Assembly: GCF_003918875.1 (NCBI RefSeq)
Contig: NW_025767302.1
Location: 744,001 to 808,000, forward strand
DNA length: 64,000 bases
Reading direction: 5' to 3'
Source of the DNA: Haliotis rubra
Lineage: Eukaryota
The notes under the pieces were generated by a model. That model was not told where the DNA came from. It was given only the letters and a program-made list of their open reading frames with translations, and did no database searches. Shown one piece after another: positions 25,750 to 37,867 of this stretch. Every line of letters begins with the position of its first letter. Position 1 is the stretch's first letter. A program made the translations under genes and the position numbers.

Positions 25750-28700
25750 CACACTTTGAAGGTAGTTCTAATATCTGCACTAACAAATGTTGTCAGCATT
25801 ATGAACACTCTAGTTTCAACATCATTTGAAAACAAATTAATTCTGATTTTCAAAGTATTTTAGGTATGATAAAATTCCATTGCTGAGAACAGTGCAATTT
25901 TTTCCATTGTGACAAAACATTATGTCGACATTATGACACTTTGACTTAACATGTGTGTATATCTATACGTTGGCTGTGGTGTTTTCTCTTTAAACACGTG
26001 TACTAGGTTTATAAAGCCATTATATTTTGTAAAAACCGATGCTAAAGGAAACTAAACCTCACAGTTGATTTAATATTTGTATTATATGTAATATACTTCT
26101 ACGTAGTATGGTCTTTTCAAAATATTATTTCAATCAAAACATTGGACTAACTCATTTATATTAAAATACAGATATCTTTTTGCAACCTCTTGCAAGAATA
26201 GATACAAAGGCAAATATAATTTAACAAAGGGTCTGTTAATCCTTAATTACAATTAAATTGGACGCGGTATACTTTTATGCCCCCCAGTTAACAAGGACAC
26301 GCGACACTCAGTGTAGGGAGTCTGGACACACTTACTTGTGGACTTTGCTTTAAGGAACGGCAGGAGTGTGTCAACTGCATTAAGCTCTCTATACTTCTGT
26401 CTGGTCACGTGGTTCTGGGCACAGTTGTACATGATGCCAACAGCGGTGTCAAAGATAATATCATCATCCTAGAACAGATAACATACATCCAAGACAGGAG
26501 CAACAGCGGTGTCAAAGGCAATATCATTATCCTAGAACAGATAACATACATCCAAGACAGAAGCAACAGCGGTGTCAAAGGCAATATCATTATCCTAGAA
26601 CAGATAACATACATCCAAGACAGGAGCAAGAGCGGTGTCAAAGGCAATATCATTATCCTAGAACAGATAACATACATCCAAGACAGGAGCAAGAGCGGTG
26701 TCAAAGGCAATATCATTATCCTAGAACAGATAACATACATCCAAGACAGGAGCAAGAGCGGCGTCAAAGGCAATATCATTATCCTAGAACAGATAACATA
26801 CATCCAAGACAGGAGCAAGAGCGGCGTCAAAGGCAATATCATTATCCTAGAACAGATAACATACATCCAAGACAGGAGCAAGAGCGGCGTCAAAGGCAAT
26901 ATCATTATCCTAGAACAGATAACATACATCCAAGACAGGAGCAAGACAGCGGCGTCAAAGGCAATATCATTATCCTAGAACAGATAACATACATCCAAGA
27001 CAGGAGCAAGAGCGGCGTCAAAGGCAATATCATTATCCTAGAACAGATAACATACATCCAAGACAGGAGCAAGAGCGGCGTCAAAGGCAATATCATTATC
27101 CTAGAACAGATAACATACATCCAAGACAGGAGCAACAGCGGCGTCAAAGGCAATATCATTATCCTAGAACAGATAACATACATCCAAGACAGGAGCAACA
27201 GCGGCGTCAAAGGCAATATCATCATCCTAGAACAGATAACATACATCCAAGACAGGAGCAAGAGCGGCGTCAAAGGCAATATCATTATCCTAGAACAGAT
27301 AACATACATCCAAGACAGGAGCAAGAGCGGCGTCAAAGGCAATATCATTATCCTAGAACAGATAACATACATCCAAGACAGGAGCAACAGCGGCGTCAAA
27401 GGCAATATCATCATCCTAGAACAGATAACATACATCCAAGACAGGAGAGCAAAGTCAAAGGCAATATCATCATCCTAGGCATACATCCAAGACAAGCGGC
27501 GTCAAAGGCAATATCATTATCCTAGAACAGATAACATACATCCAAGACAGGAGCAAGAGCGGCGTCAAAGGCAATATCATCATCCTAGAACAGATAACAT
27601 ACATCCAAGACAGGAGCAAGAGCGGCGTCAAAGGCAATATCATCATCCTAGAACAGATAACATACATCCAAGACAGGAGCAAGAGCGGCGTCAAAGGCAA
27701 TATCATTATCCTAGAACAGATAACATACATCCAAGACAGGAGCAACAGCGGCGTCAAAGGCAATATCATCATCCTAGAACAGATAACATACATCCAAGAC
27801 AGGAGCAAGAGCGGCGTCAAAGGCAATATCATCATCCTAGAACAGATAACATACATCCAAGACAGGAGCAACAGCGGCGTCAAAGGCAATATCATTATCC
27901 TAGAACAGATAACATACATCCAAGACAGGAGCAAGAGCGGCGTCAAAGGCAATATCATCATCCTAGAACAGATAACATACATCCAAGACAGGAGCAACAG
28001 CGGCGTCAAAGGCAATATCATCATCCTAGAACAGATAACATACATCCAAGACAGGAGCAATCTAAATGGTGGTTGTAGTTATGTATCTGTCGAAACAGCA
28101 AGAACTAGAATCCCGGTATATGTTGCCTGTCCCCGACAGAGACAATATATTCACCTTGATGTTAGTGTTTGCGCTGCAAGCCCCTATGGTTGGTTTTTGT
28201 TTAACGCCACACTCAACAGTATTTCAGCTACATGGCGTCGATCTGTAAATAATCGAGTCTGGACCAGACAGTCCAGTGATCAACAACATGAGCATCGATC
28301 TACGCAGTTGGGATACGATGACATGTGTCAACCAATTCAGCAAGCCTGACCACCCGATCCCGTTAGTCGCCTCTTACGACAAACATGGGTTACTGAAGAT
28401 TTAAAACAATTAAAAGGTATTCCGTTGATCAGTATCTTGCGTTGTGACCTTATGTTTGTATGTTATCCAGGAACGTAATTCACAAACAATTCACAAATAA
28501 TATATTGATGATATTCCGCCTCCGCCTTTTAGTACACATGTACGCTATGACCTTATATGACCCTGCTGACTGTCGACGACCTAAAGTCTGACCCTCGTGT
28601 CACAGATGCTTCCGACAGTCACAGATGAAGTGACAACGTGCTATAGTTATTAAAGGATTATGTTTCGAGAACACGAACATGTCAGATAAACTTCGTAAAA

Positions 28701-29445
28701 CTAAGTAATTGCAATTGTCAGAAACGGACTCTAGGGTCAAAGTTCAAACCTAACCGCCACAGGTATGAATCTTCACGTGGTGAGATGATGTCGTGAATGA
28801 CAGAAGAGGATAACGTTCTTACATATATAAGCCTGCGGTTAGCCTCAAATGTGTTTGTTTGGTTAACGGTACGCCGAAATATAATATCGTAAATTCATAA
28901 AAATACCCAGAAAGACAAGTTTGTTTAATACGACGGTTGAGATTGCATTGACAAAAGTCTGACAATGAAATGCCGCTGTAAAATTTCAGATTTATAATTT
29001 CACAAGGATCTAACCCAGGCCAATATTGTTATGTATAATCAAACTTTTAGAAGATTACAAAAATTCTGCATATTTCAGTTAATCTTTACCGACAAACCAA
29101 ATGTTTAAAAATCCTTAAACGAAACCAAAAGGTCTTGCCTAAAATGTTTCCTAGTTAATACCCATGTCGTATTGCTGAAGACATGAAATACACACCAGAA
29201 TGAACAACTAAAATGTCACCTTGTTTATGGCTTTACCTTTTGTTTTAGACATATTTACAAGATGAATCCTAATTCCCTATCTCTGTTGGGAATGTTAAAA
29301 AGGCGCCTCGTTAAAAAAGGGAGCAAAGTGACAGAAGTCTTCTGTTATATTGTTCTTATCGTTAAGCTGTCACCGAACATGTTCATCAACTGAAAACACA
29401 CGATTAATGTTTTTCATTGTACCTTCTGTTGTATTAATCTATCTA

Positions 29446-29487
<42 letters not shown>

Positions 29488-32415
29488 TATGTATATGTAT
29501 ATGTATACATATGGATAGCAATGAATTAGAATCTAGAATCTACTGTCAGTTTATCTGATTTGCAACCACAAATAGAAATAATAATATATGCGGATAAAGT
29601 TTTATTTTGTTTATATTTTACACTTGTTTGTGTTTATATAAATACTTTTACCAGACAGATGTGTGTTAGAACATGTACATGTTTTGCATGTGCCATACCT
29701 CTCGAGCTAAATCAGAAGAATAACATAATAAATCACACACGTGACACACTTGTCGTGGATGATTGACAGGTGCCCTATATATCCCGGAAACAAGCTGGGC
29801 CAGTCAGTGAAAGTCACGCATGTGAGACAGGACTCTCGTGATGAAGTTATTGCAACTGTACAACAGTCTTAACGCGAGGAACCGCAATAAGGACAAAAGC
29901 CGCGCCGGTGACCTCTAACCCAGACATTTTTAATCTTTAAAAGATGTTTTTATTATGTTCATGCATCATATGTATGTACTTTTAACACGAAATCCCCGGG
30001 GCAGTGTCAGAAAGGATCTGTTTTGTTTGAAAAGCATCAACGTATAACGTGCTATATTTGGGGTTACACGTTCTCTGTAATGTAGAGATCCTTTTCTTGA
30101 GGTTGGGCCCCGCCCCTTTATTCGAACGCACACTCTCAACGTGAGGCACCTAATCGCCAGCACACAAAGTCAGCCATCTAGCCCACTCAGCCACCATGGC
30201 TTGTGGAATCTAACCCACTCAGCCACCATAGCTTGTGGAATCTAACCCACTCAGCCACCATAGCTTGTGGAATCTAACCCACTCAGCCACCATGGCTTGT
30301 GGAATCTAACCCACTCAGCCACCATAGCTTGTGGAATCTAACCCACTCAGCCACCATGGCTTGTGGAATCTAACCCACTCAGCCACCATGGCTTGTGGAA
30401 TCTAACCCACTCAGCCACTATGGCTTGTGGAATCTAACCCACTCAGCCACTATGGTTTGTGGAATCTAACCCACTCAGCCACCATAGCTTGTGGAATCTA
30501 ACCCACTCAGCCACCATAGCTTGTGGAATCTAACCCACTCAGCCACAGATGCTGGTGGAATCTAACCCACTCAGCCACCATAGCTTGTGGAATCTAACCC
30601 ACTCAGCCACCATGACTTGTGGAATCTAACCCACTCAGCCACTATGGCTTGTGGAATCTAACCCACTCAGCCACCATAGCTTGTGGAATCTAACCCACTC
30701 AGCCACAGTTGCTGGTGGAATCTAACCCACTCAGCCACCATAGCTTGTGGAATCTAACCCACTCAGCCACCATAGCTTGTGGAATCTAACCCACTCAGCC
30801 ACCATGGCTTGTGGAATCTAACCCACTCAGCCACCATGGCTTGTGGAATCTAACCCACTCAGCCACCATGGCTTGTGGAATCTAACCCACTCAGCCACCA
30901 TGGCTTGTGGAATCTAACCCACTCAGCCACTATGGCTTGTGGAATCTAACCCACTCAGCCACTATGGTTTGTGGAATCTCAGCCACCCCACTTGTGGATC
31001 TAACCCAGCCACCACTCAGCTTGTGGAATCTAACCCACTCAGCCACCATAGCAGTTGTGGTGGAATCTAACCCACCCACTCAGCCACAGATGCTGGTGGA
31101 ATCTAACCCACTCAGCCACCATGGCTTGTGGAATCTAACCCACTCAGCCACCATGACTTGTGGAATCTAACCCACTCAGCCACTATGGCTTGTGGAATCT
31201 AACCCACTCAGCCACCATGGCTTGTGGAATCTAACCCACTCAGCCACAGTTGCTGGTGGACAACCATTATTGGCATGAGTATATATTTAGATTTGGAAGG
31301 GGACACATTGTACTCGTGACAATTAACATTAAGCGGTTGGACCTCAACTGAATTGTTTTTAAGGTATGATGACGATGATGATGATGATGGGAGGAAATGA
31401 TGAAATATGTCAAGCATAAAAATACGAAGCAGGACTTTCACCACACAGATAAAGATATCTCTGTACATAGAAGGTCATCCATAAAGTTTAGGTGGCTTAA
31501 ATAAAGACGACTTTGGAATTGCAATGGATATATAAAAGCAGAATCGAGATTTCATCACCATGTTTATATAATATGTAACCAACCATATATAAGTGAGCGA
31601 GCGTGGTTAACATCGCTTTGTACAGTATTCAAGGCATATATTGATGATGGGGTGTGGGTGCCAGAAGGTCTTTTTGAAACACACGGGCACGGGTAAACTG
31701 AAAAATATACCAGCACGAACCGGGATTCGAACCGGCATTCATAGGTTTCTGACGTAGCTATTGGAAGCAACTCTTTCTTAAAGGCAGCCCGTGCCCCGGA
31801 CCATACATGGCGTCATATGTGACTGTGTTAAAAGTTAAAGTTAAAATAGGTTACCGATATGATTGGAAGGGTCTTCCCGATGGCTTTCACGTCGGCGAGG
31901 AGGTACTTGAACAGTCCTGACTGGGAAACCTTCTCCCCAAGAGACCAACTGTTGTCTGTGGCTGTCCACAGGCTCTTCCTCATCTCCATCACCAGCTTCA
32001 CCTCGATAGCGTTCTGATGCTTGTGGATGAAATCGGACGTGAGGATATCAATCGTACCAATGGCAAATTCATACAGATCATACATGCGTTTCGCGAACCC
32101 TTTAACTGCCAGATAGTTCCCCAGGATGCCACGTATACTGTCGGATGTATACGTCTCAAATGCTTTACTAATGTTCGCTCGCAAGGATTCAACCAGTTGC
32201 CCCTTGTCCCTCTTCTTAGCGTCAAGGAGTTTGAGGAACACGTCGAATCCTTCAAGTGCTGATTGGAGTTCTGGGTGGAACTTGATGTCGCGCTGAAGCT
32301 GTTCTTCCTCTGTGAGGATCTTGCGGCCTGTTTTCGGGAGGAAGGTCGACCCTCCAAGCCCACTGACCATGTCCGTTTGGCCGGGGCCATTAGCGACCTT
32401 GGATGACCTTCTCAT
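16887..32415 (-). CDS. Armadillo-repeat / TIR / SAM domain protein (ARM-TIR-SAM); central TIR exon(s) apparently missing, possibly a pseudogene or mis-assembly
   Basis: Exons (- strand): 32415-31855, 26468-26336 ([17 protein letters not shown]..), 25610-25258 (ARM: [28 protein letters not shown]), 24657-24540, 24242-24139 (TIR start GHVMLSYSW), 21647-21445 (TIR end [31 protein letters not shown]), 19638-19511 (SAM start [15 protein letters not shown]), 17708-17645 (LTGEELMFL), 16982-16887 (stop). All junctions GT-AG and in phase except 24139->21647. Kozak-like ACCACCATGA start. Confidence 0.85.
17150..17600. repeat. Degenerate ~31-bp minisatellite (ACCCACCTTGTAAACCACTCCAC..)
   Basis: Tandem variants in the last intron of the ARM-TIR-SAM gene. 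Confidence 0.8.
17882..18053. mobile_element. Short MITE-like element (AGGGGCGGATCC termini)
   Basis: Imperfect terminal inverted repeats AGGGGCGGATCCA / TGGATCTCCCCCTG; related copies at ~48476-48672 and ~49566-49620. Confidence 0.6.
18199..18954 (+). mobile_element. Internally deleted Tc1-like element retaining the C-terminal catalytic half
   Basis: 28-bp TIRs TAGTA(C/T)GACCAGAAATTATTGAGAATTT flanked by TA; open frame with [32 protein letters not shown]. Confidence 0.92.
19735..21420. repeat. Degenerate ~20-bp minisatellite (CCATGAACCCATCCACTCTA) split by a LINE fragment
   Basis: Units at 19735-20172 and again at ~21190-21400. Confidence 0.75.
20175..21185 (-). mobile_element. 5'-truncated L2/CR1-group non-LTR retrotransposon fragment (RT C-terminal part)
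   Basis: [62 protein letters not shown]; (ATT)n-like 3' tail; frameshifts. Confidence 0.9.
21808..23353 (+). mobile_element. Tc1-like DNA transposon with disrupted transposase, inside the TIR-encoding region of the ARM-TIR-SAM gene
   Basis: TIRs TAC(TGAAC)CACAAAAGAAA(C/T)GTCGC (left copy has a 5-bp deletion), TA flanks. [44 protein letters not shown]; stops and frameshifts. Confidence 0.93.
23370..23710 (+). mobile_element. mariner-type transposase remnant
   Basis: [13 protein letters not shown] resembles the mariner VTGDETWIH.YDP motif; degraded downstream. Confidence 0.6.
26438..28060. repeat. 63-bp minisatellite (~26 copies) built from the exon-2 splice acceptor of the ARM-TIR-SAM gene
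   Basis: Unit on - strand TTGCTCCTGTCTTGGATGTATGTTATCTGTTCTAG|GATAATGATATTGCCTTTGACGCCGCTG; the final copy runs into the real exon. Confidence 0.95.
28188..28400 (-). mobile_element. SINE-like element, family B
   Basis: Reverse complement of family B body; head truncated. Confidence 0.85.
30180..31260. repeat. 32-bp minisatellite (GTGGAATCTAACCCACTCAGCCACCATGGCTT), ~33 copies
   Basis: Direct tandem repeat; the - strand unit contains a tRNA A-box-like GGTGGCTGAGTGGGTTAGA. Confidence 0.93.
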
Positions 32416-33688
32416 GGTGGTTGAGGATGACCCTGAATGAGTCAGCCACTAAGGATACCTGAAATAAATACTAGCATTAGACATCAAAAAGCGTTAGAAT
32501 GAGATAAACCTTATTGGTGTTATTAACGTCAAACTAGGAACACATCAATTACTTAAGACTGAATAACTGTATATCAGTAAGAAACATTATCAGTTTTTAT
32601 TTTGGTCACTATGGCTTTATGCCTGCCTTCCTTCCTACTGATAATACACCGTAACGGTATATGTCTACCTCGTAAATATCTAGTGAGAAGGCTCAGTCCT
32701 ATGATTGTGGATTCATATCCTATATCCACGATGTCTATGATTGTGTAACTTAGAAACCTACCTCAGACCAACATCAAGTCTCTGAAAGAACCAATTTTAC
32801 AGCAAAAAACTTTTCCTAAATTATACTCATATAATATATTGAAAGGAGTCCAGAGACTTTCCAGAGATTTTCAAATCTTGAGACATTTTCTCGACTTGCA
32901 TGGGCTTTCAGGGATATATTTGTTTCAGGGTCTTTATGACAGACTACATCCGATCTGTGCTCTTGGGCTTCAGTAAAGATTTAAACTGTTTACCAGCAAC
33001 CCAGACCTGCATCAGTTTGTCATTGCTTCCATATTTACAGACCGCCGCCATATAGCTGGAATAATGCTGAGTGCAGCGTAAAACTAAACTCACTCAGTGA
33101 TTCCTTCTTACACGTGGCCGTGACACAAAGTCTTCATTGCGGGAATAAACCTGACTTACTCACTAACTCTACCGTCATGTAGTTTACATGAACTAGATTA
33201 TATATTACATACCCATTTAATCTTACGATTGCAACACAGCCGTGCAATACGCCAAACATGGCGAATTCCGAATTGCACTCCAATTTCCGTATTGCACGGT
33301 TTCCGGATCTACGTTTTCGGCAATACTCGGATCCTTCCGGAAACATCTAAATTTAAACATCATTTAGGTCATGGGCATTCCCTTTGAAAACATTATAGTT
33401 ATCTAATGGAAGATAGTTTGTGTCAAATAGTATTCTGTTTTGTTTCTTTCGTGATCAGATTGTGGCACTTGATTGATGACGTCAATACATGTGTGATACG
33501 TCCCTTGGGTGGAGTGATACTCGGGTCACGGTAACCTCAGTGCGGAAGTTTAGGTAGTGACGTTAAGAGTAAGATAAAATATAGAACGCCTTAGTGCTGT
33601 TGGACCATATGTATTGAACGAGAACATGCCATGGCGGAAGAGATACAACGAGTTCAAAGACATCTGCTTGTTCAGTACATAAGGTCCA

Positions 33689-33985
33689 ACCCCTGAAGAT
33701 CCGGCTTAGGATCGGTCTTCAGCAACCTAGGCTCGCTGACCTGGTTGACACATGTCATCGTATCCCAATTGTGTAGATTGATGCTGTTGATCACTAGATT
33801 TTCTGGTCCAGGCTCGATTATTTATAGACCGCCACCGTCATAATCTGGAGTATTGCTGAGAGCGGCGTAAAACAACAAACCAAACCAAAAACATCACTGG
33901 ATTGTCTGGTCCAGACTCGATTATGTACAGACACCCTCCATAAAGCTGGAAAATTGCTTTGTTGGCAGCGTTAAACAAAAACCAA
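33689..33985 (+). mobile_element. SINE-like element, family B with internal deletion and duplicated 3' part
   Basis: Head CCCTGAAGATCCGGCTTAGGATCGGTCTTCAG; second copy of the 3' segment at ~33893-33985. Confidence 0.75.
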
Positions 33986-35120
33986 ATGCACTATATAGTA
34001 TGACGTTGTACATATACATGTATTTCACATCAGGGCGCTGTCCCCTGAACATTAAAATCACCGCTCAAAATGGTAATGCTGGCAACTCACCTTGCAAGAC
34101 AGTTCGGAAATTCGTCCCCGGAGTCAAGAGTAAACATGTATTTTATCCAAACAGCATAAGCGTTGCAGTGATTATATCATTAACCGTTCTATTATTCAGT
34201 GTATAACTGTCATATCTCTGATAATCCTTCTGCCATTGTAAGTATTACCCAATCAGTGCCCAAGTCGGATATGTACAAAGGGTACTGACACCAGCCAGCA
34301 AGTACCTGCAGGACAGGAAGTATCCCATAGCCATAAATTGTCCTCGGTTCAGGTAAACATACCTTTCCACAAGTAAATCCGTGTCAGCTACACTTAGTTA
34401 CAATCTAGTTCTACGTGGTTAGTTCGAAGGGGTTGTTGTCTTTTGTTCCCGTCTTATCACGCAACGCCGGATCAATTTCCATGATTTTTTCTGTCGCTTT
34501 TTCAAATCAGGTTATTGCTGCAAATACGCGATCAAATATCCCGATCTGCATCATGAACATGAAGCTAATTCTAATTCAATATTTCATTATTGTTTAATTT
34601 TAAACTATTATTAGCTTGGAATGTTAAAGTGTATAATAACTGGGAGTGTATATATGACATGCAACAAAATAAGAAAAATGATATAAAATGACAATTCATA
34701 CGAACTAGTTCACACGATGCATACGAGTTCATAATTCATAGGAATAGTTTACACGACCACACGAACGTACGAGCGCACGAACGCACACATATGCAATAAG
34801 TATTTTCTTGCATTCCTTATACATGCATACAGTACTGTGTATGTTGGTGGTTGCCTTAAGTCGCCCATTACGACCTGTACGTTGGGCTAAGGGCTCCAGT
34901 TACATGGGTGCTCTTGGTTGGATGAACACAACATCGATACGCTGCTGGGGTGTTATCGGTTGATCAACAGATTCAGACAGACAGACAGACAGACAGTTTT
35001 ATTCAGTAAAAGGCCACTGGCCCATAATAAAGTCAAATGCGTGATCACACATCACATGAATACAGTATAGATCGTTGTAACTGTGTTTTAAAGGGTCTGC
35101 CAGTTTAGTCTGTTATGAAA

Positions 35121-35250
35121 TATACTCATGCCGATAATGGTTGTCACCCCCTTCAATTTTTTTAATTGGAGAGGGGGGTTGGGTGTGTGTGTGAGGTGTG
35201 TGTGGGATTGGGGTGGGGATGGGGGTGACAACCATTATTGGCATGAGTAT
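35121..35250. mobile_element. ~130-bp MITE-like palindromic element
   Basis: ~30-bp inverted repeats ATACTCATGCC(G/A)ATAATGGTTGTCACCCCC; a solo right end occurs at ~31259-31283. Confidence 0.7.
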
Positions 35251-35313
35251 ATATAAAAGAAACTACAGTTATAGCAAACTCAAAGGGTCCACATTTATGG
35301 GTAAGTAAGTAAG

Positions 35314-35595
35314 NNNNNNNNNNNNNNNNNNNNNNNNNNNNNNNNNNNNNNNNNNNNNNNNNNNNNNNNNNNNNNNNNNNNNNNNNNNNNNNNNNNNNNN
35401 NNNNNNNNNNNNNNNNNNNNNNNNNNNNNNNNNNNNNNNNNNNNNNNNNNNNNNNNNNNNNNNNNNNNNNNNNNNNNNNNNNNNNNNNNNNNNNNNNNNN
35501 NNNNNNNNNNNNNNNNNNNNNNNNNNNNNNNNNNNNNNNNNNNNNNNNNNNNNNNNNNNNNNNNNNNNNNNNNNNNNNNNNNNNNNNNNNNNNNN
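35314..35595. other. Assembly gap flanked by (GTAA)n microsatellite
   Basis: Run of n with GTAAGTAAG on both sides. Confidence 1.
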
Positions 35596-36419
35596 AGTAA
35601 GTAAGTAAGTCCAACATCAAGCAGTAAAGAACATACTGACGAGACTGTGGATCGCCGCGGATCATTAACCCTATCTGACAATACCCCTTCCTTGTACACG
35701 GCCTGCATATTTGAACATGTGCCAGTGCTAATCTGTCACCACGAATCACCATAGCATGTGCTTGGCAGTTACACTGCGATCTGGTATCAGGTGATATTGA
35801 CCTCAGGCGCATATCGCTGTTTCTGTGTACTTGTACATTTATCATACGGTGGGCTCGACTGCTTCCGAAATGTAATGGTTTGAAGGATATATACCACACG
35901 TAGTGACATGTTCACGATCGATTAACATTGTTGTTTAAGTCATACTTGAGATTACATAGAATGTTCCATGGTTTGTTTTAACAGCTGCCTTGTACATGTT
36001 GGATTTAAGGGGAGGGAAGCTGTGCTAAAAAAGGGGGCCATTGTCTGCCTAGTTGGAGATATTGACATGGATATATAAGTAGAAATATGACAGTAACTCT
36101 GTGTATATTCGATTACCTGGACCCGATAGATATACTGAGGGAATAGATAAGGGATCACATGAAAGCACAAGTATTCCTTTACTTTTTCCCCAGGTTTCTT
36201 CAAAGCTTTTATCGCACAACTTGTGAAGAAACCTGGAAGAAATAACGGAACACTTGTGCTTTCATGTGATCCCTAATTTCTTTAACCCTCAGTATATGAT
36301 GAAGTAGGAACAGGCAAATGCTGGCATTTGAAGCACTTGAATTAAATCTGCTGGGACTGCTGCTGAGTTTAGTATCCTTTACCTGTAACGTCCTTGTTAG
36401 GTTTTGTGTTACATAATGC

Positions 36420-37320
36420 CACCGAGGTGTGTTGAAAGGACAATGAAATGTTACTATATTACATTGTACTTTAACCACCTGGCTACCCCACCACCCCACC
36501 TGTTAAGTGGACAATATAAAACGACTATGTGTTCAGAAGTCAGTTCGTTGCAACTTTGTGTTGAGAGGGCAATAAAATGTCACTCTATGTTAAGTGGACA
36601 ATATAAGGCCACTTTGTGTTGGGATAACGATAAAATGCCACTACCTGTTAAGAGGACAAAATAATGCCACGAGGTGTTGGGAGAACGATGTTTTAATGCC
36701 ACTACCTGTTAAAGAGGACAAAATAATGTAACCCCCACCATTTGTCCCCACCTGTTAAGTGGACAATATAAAACGACTATGTGTTGAAGGAGCAACTTTG
36801 TGTTGAGAGGGCAATAAAATGTCACTCTATGTTAAGTGGACAATATAAGGCCACTTTGTGTTGGGATAACGATAAAATGCCACTACCTGTTAAGTGGACA
36901 ATATAAGGTCACTTTGTGTTGAGAGGACAATATAATGCCACTACCTGTTAAGAGGACAAAATAATGCCACGAGGTGTTGGGAGAACGATAAAATGCCACT
37001 TTATGTTAAGTGGACAATATAAGGTCACTTTGTGTTGAGAGGACAATATATTGCGATAAAATGCCACTACTGTTAAGAGACCTGTTAAGAGGACAAAATA
37101 ATGCCACGAGGAGAACGATAAAATGCCACTTTATGTTAAGAGGACAATATAAGGCCACTACAGGTGTTGGGAGAACGATGTTGTTGAGAGGACAATATAA
37201 TGCCACGAGGTGTTGGGAGAACGATAAAATGCCACTATAATATTATGTTAAGTGGACAATATAAGGCCACTTTTTGTGGAGAGGACAATATAATGCCACT
37301 ACGTGTTGAGAGGACAAGAC
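36420..37320. repeat. Degenerate ~29-30-bp minisatellite (TGTTAAG(T/A)GGACAATATAAGGCCACT..)
   Basis: Tandem variants with larger duplicated blocks. Confidence 0.8.
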
Positions 37321-37867
37321 CAATTTTTTGAACCCGGATCTTTCGCCATAAGAGTCGATAATGACAGCGTAATATCGATCAGCACTACCTTGAAGGGAAA
37401 AGACCAAGCCCAATTATGAGGGTGTACTTTTTTAATAAACACACAAGGATACATGCTAGGCATCATGAAGGCACCATCCTGTTGGCTGTTAGGTCTGTGG
37501 ATGTAGGATTTGAAATAGTCATGATCCCAGTCTTGTCTTTGTCCTTCCCTGTCCAGGTGACATGGGTGAAGCAGTGGAATAGTGCGCCTCAATTTCCAGT
37601 GTAAAGATGCATTACTTTGGCGAGTCAGAAACCAAAGATCGCCTATGCCCAGATATGTTGCTTTCACAGAAGCAGTAAGCATCTAAGACCCGCATTGCTT
37701 TCGGTATTCTTCCAACATTAAGCTGACACACCGTGATATAACCCAAAAACTGTTCAGATCGGCGTTAAACCCAACTCACTCACTCACTGTCCACACTAAA
37801 GAATTCAGGTAACGTGACATTGACGTCTGATCACATAACACCCTGAGCTTCAGAGCAGTGTCTTTGT

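Noticed and set aside
26405-28060. Long hydrophobic repeat ORFs ([21 protein letters not shown]) as a membrane protein
   Set aside because: Off-frame reading of the 63-bp array; the host gene frame is different and is stopped in every unit.
16887-32415. Calling the TIR gene SARM1
   Set aside because: Domain order (ARM-TIR-SAM, single SAM) and TIR motifs differ from SARM1; no symbol assigned.
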